A stretch of DNA of 56,372 nucleotides from a virus. Lineage: Duplodnaviria > Caudoviricetes. The stretch is from positions 1 to 56,372 of IMG/VR virus record IMGVR_UViG_3300034111_001022; one strand, 5' to 3'. Both the position numbers and the translations under genes were made by a program. Positions 18,000-25,433 of this stretch are shown here, one piece after another; position 1 is the stretch's first letter; each line of letters opens with the position of its first letter. The notes beneath the pieces are model-generated. The model had not been told where the DNA came from. It searched no databases and saw only the letters and a list, made by a program, of their open reading frames with translations.

Positions 18000-19769
18000 A
18001 TGTTTGTAATCGATACCGAGGTCTACTCGGATTATTTTCTACTCTCGATGCTGCGCCTAGATGATGGCAAGATCCGTCACTTTGAATTTCACGCAGACGC
18101 CAAGCTTGATGTAAATAAAATCACGGCACTGTTTAAGACAGAGACCGTTATCAGCTTCAACGGCAACAGCTACGACATACCTATTATCAGTGCAGCCCTA
18201 GCTGGCTACACCAACCAAAAGATTAAAGACCTATCCGACAGTATCATTAAGAGCAACCAGCCGAGCTGGACGATACTGCGTGCGCATAAGTTTGAGCTAC
18301 TAAAGACAGACCACATCGACCTAATCGAGGTCGCCCCTGGGCGCTCTAGCCTTAAGATCTACGGCGGCCGCATGAACGCCCCTAAGATGCAAGACCTACC
18401 GATTGACCCTAGCAGCAGAATATCCCCAAGCCAACGAGCTGAGCTACGCCAGTACTGCGAGAACGACCTACACACGACGGCCATGCTGTACAAGGCGCTG
18501 AAGCCGCAGATTGACTTGCGCGTCACAATGAGCAAGCAGTACGGCATGGACTTACGCAGTAAGAGCGATGCGCAGATTGCCGAGACGGTGATCATCAGCG
18601 AGCTGACTAAGATCACGAACGAGGGCTACGGCAAGGTAACGCTGAAGGACAACACGACCTTTAACTACACCGACCCTAAGATTGTTAACTTCACCGACAC
18701 GGCGCTTAACCTACTGATCAACAGCCTGTGCGAGCACAAGTTCACGCTAGGGTTGAACGGCGCGGTGCAGATGCCGGACTGGCTACGCAACACTAAGATT
18801 AATATCGGCACGGCCGAGTATCAGATGGGCATCGGTGGCCTGCACAGCTGCGAGAAGTCGCAGTACATCAAGGCAGACGACGAGAACATACTGCTAGAGC
18901 TAGACGTGGCCAGCTACTACCCGAACATTATCCTGCAGCAGCGATTGGCGCCTAAGAGTATGGGCGCGCCGTTCTTGCGCGTGTATCAGACAATAGTCAC
19001 TAGGCGCCTAGAGGCCAAGCACCGTGGCGACAAGGTAACGGCCGACGTGCTTAAGATTGCCGTCAACGGTAGCTTCGGCAAGCTTGGCAGTAAGTACAGC
19101 GCGCTGTTCGCGCCTGAGCTACTGATACAGACAACCATCACCGGTCAGCTTGCGCTGCTTATGCTGATCGAGGCCGTAGAGCTAGCGGGCGCCAGGGTAG
19201 TCAGCGCCAACACCGACGGCGTGGTGATCCTATGCCCACGCAAGCTAGAGCACAAGATTGAGGTGGTGGCGTTCGACTGGATGCTTCGTACCTCGTTTGA
19301 CCTAGAGCGGACAGACTACCGAGCACTAGCCAGCCGTGACGTGAACAGCTACGTGGCCGTCAAGCTAGACGGAAAGACCAAGGGCAAGGGCGTCTTCGCT
19401 AGCACTAGCCTGGCTAAGAACCCAGACGACCCGATCATCGCCCACGCGGTGGCCCAGTACGTCGCGCACGAGATCCCGCTAGAGATAACGATACGCAACT
19501 GCCGTGACATCACGCAGTTCATTACCATACGACGCGTCCAGGGTGGCGCCACGTGGCAGGGCGAGTACCTAGGTAAGGCGGTGAGGTTCTATCACAGCAA
19601 CGCCGTACCGAGCGCGCAGTGCATTCACTACGCTAGTAACAGTAACCGCGTACCGAACTCAGCGGGTGCGCGACCATTGATGGAGTTGCCAGACACGTTC
19701 CCGACGGACGTTGACTACAACTACTACCTGGTTGAGGCTGAGAAACTTTTATGTGAGGTAGGATTGTGA
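18000..19769 (+). CDS. DNA polymerase, family-B-like, with 3'-5' exonuclease
   Basis: IDTE, FNGNSYD, YCEND exonuclease motifs; LDVASYYP, KIAVNGSFGK, NTDG polymerase motifs. Confidence 0.85.
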   Translation: MFVIDTEVYSDYFLLSMLRLDDGKIRHFEFHADAKLDVNKITALFKTETVISFNGNSYDIPIISAALAGYTNQKIKDLSDSIIKSNQPSWTILRAHKFELLKTDHIDLIEVAPGRSSLKIYGGRMNAPKMQDLPIDPSSRISPSQRAELRQYCENDLHTTAMLYKALKPQIDLRVTMSKQYGMDLRSKSDAQIAETVIISELTKITNEGYGKVTLKDNTTFNYTDPKIVNFTDTALNLLINSLCEHKFTLGLNGAVQMPDWLRNTKINIGTAEYQMGIGGLHSCEKSQYIKADDENILLELDVASYYPNIILQQRLAPKSMGAPFLRVYQTIVTRRLEAKHRGDKVTADVLKIAVNGSFGKLGSKYSALFAPELLIQTTITGQLALLMLIEAVELAGARVVSANTDGVVILCPRKLEHKIEVVAFDWMLRTSFDLERTDYRALASRDVNSYVAVKLDGKTKGKGVFASTSLAKNPDDPIIAHAVAQYVAHEIPLEITIRNCRDITQFITIRRVQGGATWQGEYLGKAVRFYHSNAVPSAQCIHYASNSNRVPNSAGARPLMELPDTFPTDVDYNYYLVEAEKLLCEVGL

Positions 19770-20764
19770 AATACTTATCGGTTTGTAGTGGAATAGAGGC
19801 TGCGTCAGTAGCATGGCATCATATGGGATGGGAGGCCGTTGGGTATTCAGAGATTGAAAAGTTTCCAAGCCAACTGTTAGAACATCATTACCCAAACGTC
19901 ACTAATTACGGCGACATGACAAAATTTAAGGAGTGGAATATAAATGAACCAGTTAACCTTTTGGTCGGAGGAACCCCCTGTCAATCCTTCTCAGTCGCAG
20001 GACTCAGAAAAGGATTGGAAGACCCTCGTGGAAACCTCATGCTTACCTATCTCGCAATGGCTGACCACTTTAAACCCAAATGGCTTCTATGGGAAAACGT
20101 ACCAGGAGTACTCTCTAGCAACGGAGGACATGACTTCGCAGCCTTACTTCAAGGGATGGTTGAATGCGGGTATGGGGTCGCCTACAGGGTTCTTGACGCT
20201 CAACATTTCGGAGTGCCACAAAGACGCAGGCGGGTGTTCGTTGTCGGATGTCTTGGAGACTGGCGAAGTGCTGCCAAAGTACTTTTTGAGTCAGAGAGCT
20301 TGTGCAGGGATATTAAACCGAGCAGAAAAACACAACAAAAAGATGCCAGCAATGCTAATAGCAGCATTGAAGAATGCGTAGCTTTAGATGAAAGAAATGT
20401 CAGAATGTTTAGCAATGAAAATTTAAAGACATTCCCAAGTTTAACTGCAACAGATTATAAAGGCGCAAAATCTATTTGTTTTAAAGTTCGTGGCGGTTGT
20501 GCTGGAGGTGGTAAAGGTTATTTAGGTAGTGAAGAAAAAGCATTTACTATTAGCACGGCGCAAGATCAGCAATTGTTTAATGATATGCGTGTTCGTAGGC
20601 TAACTCCTATGGAATGTGAACGCCTACAAGGATTTCCTGATAACTACACTAACACACCTACATCAAGCGACACTACGCGCTATAAAGCTTTAGGTAACTC
20701 TATGGCTGTGCCTGTAATGAAATGGATAGGCGAAAGGATAAACGAGGTAAATTCGCAATGCTAG
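19766..20764 (+). CDS. DNA (cytosine-5) methyltransferase
   Basis: CSGIEA, GGTPCQSFS, ENV, QRRRR, RRLTPMECERLQGFP, LGNS motifs. Confidence 0.95.
   Translation: MKYLSVCSGIEAASVAWHHMGWEAVGYSEIEKFPSQLLEHHYPNVTNYGDMTKFKEWNINEPVNLLVGGTPCQSFSVAGLRKGLEDPRGNLMLTYLAMADHFKPKWLLWENVPGVLSSNGGHDFAALLQGMVECGYGVAYRVLDAQHFGVPQRRRRVFVVGCLGDWRSAAKVLFESESLCRDIKPSRKTQQKDASNANSSIEECVALDERNVRMFSNENLKTFPSLTATDYKGAKSICFKVRGGCAGGGKGYLGSEEKAFTISTAQDQQLFNDMRVRRLTPMECERLQGFPDNYTNTPTSSDTTRYKALGNSMAVPVMKWIGERINEVNSQC
19944..20381 (+). CDS. Overprinted ORF inside the methyltransferase (M.EcoHK31I beta-subunit-like)
   Basis: 145-aa +1-frame ORF with its own TAAGGAG RBS; ends SLSDVLE...KYFLSQRACAGILNRA. Confidence 0.65.
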   Translation: MNQLTFWSEEPPVNPSQSQDSEKDWKTLVETSCLPISQWLTTLNPNGFYGKTYQEYSLATEDMTSQPYFKGWLNAGMGSPTGFLTLNISECHKDAGGCSLSDVLETGEVLPKYFLSQRACAGILNRAEKHNKKMPAMLIAALKNA

Positions 20765-21024
20765 AGCGTGACATAGAGAAGGCGTTTGTTAAGCGGGTTA
20801 AGTCACTAGGTGGCATGGCTGAGAAGTTCACGTCACCCGCCAAGCGCTCAGTGCCTGATCGAATTGTCACGCTGCCTGGCGGCAAGATTATCTTTGTTGA
20901 ACTAAAGAAGCCAGGCGCAAAGCCTACCGAGCTGCAGGTGCGCGACCATGACATCCGTCGTGCATTCGGCTGCGACGTCAGGGTTATCTCTACTATGGAG
21001 CAGGTCGATGCGTTCCCTGAGTGA
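20758..21024 (+). CDS. VRR-NUC domain nuclease
   Basis: ERDIE...VPDRIV...FVELK...Q; start re-assigned to MLERD. Confidence 0.9.
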   Translation: MLERDIEKAFVKRVKSLGGMAEKFTSPAKRSVPDRIVTLPGGKIIFVELKKPGAKPTELQVRDHDIRRAFGCDVRVISTMEQVDAFPE

Positions 21025-22348
21025 TCTACACCAGTACCAGCTGCACGCGATTAATTTTATCAAGCAACAGAAGCGCTGCCTGCTAGCCATCTCGATGGGC
21101 CTAGGCAAGACCATCTCAACGCTGACGGCCGTCAACGACTTGATAGACTCGTTCACGATACACAAGACCCTAATCATCGCACCACTGCGCGTGGCTAACA
21201 GCGTATGGGCGCAAGAGGCCGAGCTGTGGGAGCACACCAAGCACTTAAAGATTAGCGTCTGCACGGGCAACGAGCGGCAGCGGCTGACGGCGCTTATGCA
21301 AGACGCTGACGTCTTCGTGATCAACCGTGAGAACGTCGAGTGGCTAGTCAAGTCGCAGAAGAAGTGGCGTTTTGATTGCGTGGTGGTCGACGAGTCCGAC
21401 TCATTCAAGAACTCTAGCTCTAAGCGCTTTAGGGCGCTACGCAAGGTGCTGCCAGACACGACGCACATGATTTTATTGTCAGGCACCCCGTCACCCAATG
21501 GCCTACTCGATGTCTGGGCGCAGATGTACCTGATTGACTTCGGTGAGCGCCTAGGTAGGACCATGACGGCGTACAAGGACCGGTTCTTCGAGAAGGACTA
21601 CATGGGCTACAACTTCACACTACGTGAGGGTAGCGCCGGTAAGATACACGCCCTGCTTAGGGATAAGGTGTTGAGCATGAGCAGCGAGGACTACCTTGAG
21701 CTGCCTGATCGTATTAGCCTGGTCGAGGCCGTAGACTTACCGCCGACAGCACTGCGCGAGTACAAGGACTTTGAGACCACGCTACTGGCGACCTTGCCCG
21801 ATGGCGAAGAGATCGAGGCCATGAACGCGGCCGTGCTAGCCGGCAAGCTACTGCAGTACGCCAACGGCGCCATCTACACCGACGAGCACCACAACTGGAC
21901 TCACATTCACGACGTTAAGCTGGACGCACTAGCCGAGATCATTGAGAACAACAGCGGTGAGAACATACTGGTCGCGTACAACTTTAAGCACGATCTGGCC
22001 AAGCTTCAGCAGCGGTTCCCTACCGGCGTCGCGTTAGACAAGGACCCCAACACCGTCACGCGTTGGCAGCAGGGTAAGATTAAGCTTATGTTCGCTCACC
22101 CACAGAGCGCCGGTCACGGGCTTAACCTTCAAGACGGTGGCTGCCTAGCCGTTTGGTTTGGCTTGACGTGGTCACTTGGCCACTACCAGCAGTTCAACGC
22201 GCGGCTGCACAGGCAAGGTCAGCAGCGCCCAGTGCGAATTATTCACATAATTGCTAACGGTACGATAGACGAGCGAGTGGTGTCAGTATTGAGTTTGAAG
22301 GGCGCCGTACAAAATAATTTGCTAAATGCGTTAAAAGTACAAAAATAA
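21008..22348 (+). CDS. SNF2-like SF2 helicase
   Basis: LHQYQ, MGLGKT, VVDES, LSGTP, GHGLNLQ, ARLHRQGQ; start re-assigned to MRSL. Confidence 0.9.
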   Translation: MRSLSDLHQYQLHAINFIKQQKRCLLAISMGLGKTISTLTAVNDLIDSFTIHKTLIIAPLRVANSVWAQEAELWEHTKHLKISVCTGNERQRLTALMQDADVFVINRENVEWLVKSQKKWRFDCVVVDESDSFKNSSSKRFRALRKVLPDTTHMILLSGTPSPNGLLDVWAQMYLIDFGERLGRTMTAYKDRFFEKDYMGYNFTLREGSAGKIHALLRDKVLSMSSEDYLELPDRISLVEAVDLPPTALREYKDFETTLLATLPDGEEIEAMNAAVLAGKLLQYANGAIYTDEHHNWTHIHDVKLDALAEIIENNSGENILVAYNFKHDLAKLQQRFPTGVALDKDPNTVTRWQQGKIKLMFAHPQSAGHGLNLQDGGCLAVWFGLTWSLGHYQQFNARLHRQGQQRPVRIIHIIANGTIDERVVSVLSLKGAVQNNLLNALKVQK

Positions 22349-22429
22349 GTGTTGCGTTTCCCTCAACACTCTGTATAATCGTTTTTGTGGTTGGGCAACA
22401 CGATAAAATTAAAAGGACTAAATAAAATG
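22342..22429 (+). promoter_or_regulatory. 88-bp early promoter/operator/RBS cassette, copy 3
   Basis: Near-identical to copies at 10832 and 11405. Confidence 0.85.
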
Positions 22430-22858
22430 GCTTATGTATCAAACTTAAAAAAATTAAACATTAGTGCAGCACTAAGACCTATATTTAAAAGTTACGGTGT
22501 TAAGGCTACAATCGCTCGCAGTTCTAACAAGTCAACCTTGGTTGTAAACATTTCCGCCGGTGACATCGACTTCGGTACAGACTACCAACAAGTCAATGTG
22601 TACCACATAGACAAGAACCACACTGGTAAAGCTAGGTTGTTCTTAAACCACGTAATAAACACCATCAAAAATACCGGCGAGTGGTACGACAACTCAGACG
22701 CAATGACAGACTACTTCAACACCGCGTTTTATATCGACATCAACGTCGGCCGTTGGGACAAGCCTTACAAAAACACCGCAGTTAACCTATTGGAAAACAT
22801 GCTAGAGTTTAAGGCGTTGCGCGAGCTTGGTAAACTTCAAATCGTACACATTAAGTAA
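22427..22858 (+). CDS. Conserved phage early protein
   Basis: Starts at the cassette ATG; WYDNSDAMTDYFNTAFYIDINVG motif. Confidence 0.75.
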   Translation: MAYVSNLKKLNISAALRPIFKSYGVKATIARSSNKSTLVVNISAGDIDFGTDYQQVNVYHIDKNHTGKARLFLNHVINTIKNTGEWYDNSDAMTDYFNTAFYIDINVGRWDKPYKNTAVNLLENMLEFKALRELGKLQIVHIK

Positions 22859-22868
22859 GGGGGCTGAC

Positions 22869-22985
22869 ATGGACATTAACGAAGAGTTAGCAGAAATTAT
22901 CCGTCAAATACAAGAGGCTCGTAAAGAGTTTGAACAACTAGAGATGCGCATGGCGCAAAGGGAAAAAGAAAATGGTACAGATTGA
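22869..22985 (+). CDS. Small coiled-coil protein (38 aa)
   Basis: Read manually: MDINEELAE...; GGGG RBS. Confidence 0.55.
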   Translation: MDINEELAEIIRQIQEARKEFEQLEMRMAQREKENGTD

Positions 22986-23151
22986 TTATTCAGAGCACAT
23001 GAAACACCTAGGTGCAGGCATGACAGAGCAAGAAAAATTAGACGCCACGCTTAACGGCATACACAACAACATTGGCGCATTGATTAGCATGTTTCAAATT
23101 TTAGATCACCGTGTTAAAGAGCTTGAGGAGAAACTAAATGAACTACCGTGA
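22972..23151 (+). CDS. Small hypothetical protein (59 aa)
   Basis: Read manually: MVQIDYSEH...; overlaps neighbours. Confidence 0.55.
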   Translation: MVQIDYSEHMKHLGAGMTEQEKLDATLNGIHNNIGALISMFQILDHRVKELEEKLNELP

Positions 23152-23314
23152 GCCGTGGGATAAGAGCAACTACCACTTCAATCGCCAGGACGAGTGGTCA
23201 GGCGCAACATTCGTAGAGGAAGACCACTGGGATGCAGATCACTTACGCCTTTACACTGGCCGCTGGATTATGGTTTGCTTGGTCGCCTTGGGTGCGCTGC
23301 TATGGATAATGTAG
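23138..23314 (+). CDS. Small protein with C-terminal transmembrane helix (58 aa)
   Basis: GAGGAG RBS; ends WIMVCLVALGALLWIM. Confidence 0.6.
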   Translation: MNYREPWDKSNYHFNRQDEWSGATFVEEDHWDADHLRLYTGRWIMVCLVALGALLWIM

Positions 23315-23679
23315 CCTCGTTTATTAAGTCTATATCGTCGTCTGAAGACCTAGCTAAGGTGCGGATGGCCCTTTACGCAGAGCTGCTGATTGCTAATCGT
23401 AGTGGTAGAAGCTTGATGGACCAAGGCTTTAGCCGGTCTGACATTCAGTACAGCATGCAGATGCTTGTTTCCGAGGGGCTGGTGTTTAAGTACGGCGTGG
23501 GTAGGAACACCTACTACTCTGTAACGAAAGACGAAAGCAAAGAGCGCTCTAACAAGATTGATCCGGTGATTATTCCAGAGCAGTACGTTGGCAACTTGCA
23601 GCTTGGCCTTCGTATGGGGTACACAGACATTGAACCGCCCAAGGGCAGAAGAATTAAGGGGATACTAAATGGCCAATAA
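23302..23679 (+). CDS. Possible winged-helix DNA-binding protein
   Basis: FSRSDIQYSMQMLVSEGLVFKYGVGRNTYYSV; start re-assigned to MDNV. Confidence 0.55.
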   Translation: MDNVASFIKSISSSEDLAKVRMALYAELLIANRSGRSLMDQGFSRSDIQYSMQMLVSEGLVFKYGVGRNTYYSVTKDESKERSNKIDPVIIPEQYVGNLQLGLRMGYTDIEPPKGRRIKGILNGQ

Positions 23680-23848
23680 CCGCAACTCAATAACTGGTGA
23701 CAAGATTATCACCAAGCACAAGTCTAAGTCGTTTGACGATAACTTTGACGCCATCTTTCGAAAGCCTGAAGAGCCTACATGGATCGACGTGTTAGAGATG
23801 ACAGACGACGAGCTTAACCAGGTAGACAAAGATGCAAATCCGACGTAG
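23669..23848 (+). CDS. Small hypothetical protein (59 aa)
   Basis: Read manually: MANNRNSITGDKII...; AAGGGG RBS. Confidence 0.6.
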   Translation: MANNRNSITGDKIITKHKSKSFDDNFDAIFRKPEEPTWIDVLEMTDDELNQVDKDANPT

Positions 23849-24299
23849 GTACGCCAAGACGCGCATGACTAGCATGCGCAGAGACCACCTACCGCACAAC
23901 GTCAGATTCTTAGCGTACACGGCTTTTCGTACTAGGATGCAATACGGGCGTCGCCCAAACGTGTACCGGTGGCACTTTAAAGGAAAAAAGCAATGAAGAC
24001 TAATCAAATAATTTGGATGATAGTAGACTTTCTAGCAATCACTTGCAGCGTTTACTATGCACTGACAGGTAACTTTCAAGTGGCTGGCTATTTCGTGGCC
24101 CTTGCAATATATGCCATGATGGCAGCAAAGGAGGTTTAATAATGGGTAAGTTTGAAAAAAGATTTTGTCTCATTTTAGCAATTATTATGTTTGGAGCTGC
24201 CTTTTACGGTATGTACTATAACTATCAACATAAAGGTCAAGGCTGCGCAATTGAAATCCAGTTCAAGGACAGCCGGGCTACATATATAGGCAGGACAGT

Positions 24300-24491
24300 A
24301 TGAATGAGGTCTGGCAGTTAACGGAACATATTCGTTTTCTAACAGAGGGCATGGCGTCAGACCATTATATAATTATGGATTTGAAAAACGAATTGAAACT
24401 AGCAAGGGAAATTATGACTGAAGAGCAACTGAAAGAACTACGAGAACTACTTTTAAAGGCGCAACAACACAAACAAGGAGAAACAAAATGA
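24300..24491 (+). CDS. Hypothetical protein
   Basis: ORF track; part of a chain of overlapping small genes. Confidence 0.6.
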   Translation: MNEVWQLTEHIRFLTEGMASDHYIIMDLKNELKLAREIMTEEQLKELRELLLKAQQHKQGETK

Positions 24492-24709
24492 GTGGATACA
24501 CAAAAGCAGCAACATTAATCGCTAACGCAATGCACCAGGCGTATCAAGAAGGTGTAAATCTAGATGAGATGTTTGGTGTCTTGTCTGTACAAAAAGAAGT
24601 CACCTCTGTACATTTAGCTCAGGCTGCATTACGTCAACAGGAAGTCTTAGCTAAGCAGGCGCAAGAACAAGCGGACTTAGCGGAGGAAATAGAAAATGGC
24701 GCCAACTAG
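24488..24709 (+). CDS. Hypothetical protein
   Basis: AAGGAG RBS, ATGA overlap. Confidence 0.7.
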   Translation: MSGYTKAATLIANAMHQAYQEGVNLDEMFGVLSVQKEVTSVHLAQAALRQQEVLAKQAQEQADLAEEIENGAN

Positions 24710-24844
24710 ACAAGAACTTGTTTTAAGTTTTATGCAAGCGCTAGCGACCAATCCTGAGCTGTTAAACCCTAGCGTATCAAAAGCACCGGAACGCATTATT
24801 AATATGGCTGGTGCGTTAGCCGACGAGTACCTGAAAAGTTTGGG

Positions 24845-25036
24845 ATGAATAGCCTCAAGCAATTAATTGATGACTGTCGATCGGTAGGGATGGAAATACC
24901 TGAAAAGTTAAGCGAAAGTGATTATGAGGTACTTTTTGCAATTCAGGCGATTGTGTTCCTACAAATCGGCAGAAATCAGCTCTCTACAACGAATAATTTA
25001 TCTAGTGTCAATGCTACGACATTAGAAAAAACATAA
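24845..25036 (+). CDS. Hypothetical protein
   Basis: ORF track; ATGA overlap with upstream small ORF. Confidence 0.5.
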   Translation: MNSLKQLIDDCRSVGMEIPEKLSESDYEVLFAIQAIVFLQIGRNQLSTTNNLSSVNATTLEKT

Positions 25037-25097
25037 AACCAGCCTATCGCGCTAGAAATGGCCAGTACGGCCATTTGCGGTGAAAAAGGAGAAAGAT

Positions 25098-25433
25098 ATG
25101 ACAATAAAACTACTAATACGGTTAATAGAAATAATTATTAACCCATCACTTTGGTTTTCATACAACGAGTGGGTTAAACCATTTTGTAAACAACATGCCG
25201 TTTACGTTGAAAACGATCAACAGAAGTCGCTTCGATACAAATTTATTATTTGGCGGCAACTTAATCGTATACGAGCCCGCCACTGCGCAGTTTACTTAAA
25301 TATAGCGTACCCAATATATTGTGAGTACGAATTAGGCAAACGAGCAATTCCAAGTGACGTTATTTCTTTTTTCGAGCGTCGTGAGATCTTGCTTTTTGTT
25401 CTACAGAAACAAGTTTCGGTGTTTTCGGATTAA
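25098..25433 (+). CDS. Possible XRE-like HTH protein
   Basis: AAGGAG RBS; WRQLNRI...CAVYLNIAYPIYCEYELGKRAIP resembles an XRE HTH. Confidence 0.5.
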   Translation: MTIKLLIRLIEIIINPSLWFSYNEWVKPFCKQHAVYVENDQQKSLRYKFIIWRQLNRIRARHCAVYLNIAYPIYCEYELGKRAIPSDVISFFERREILLFVLQKQVSVFSD

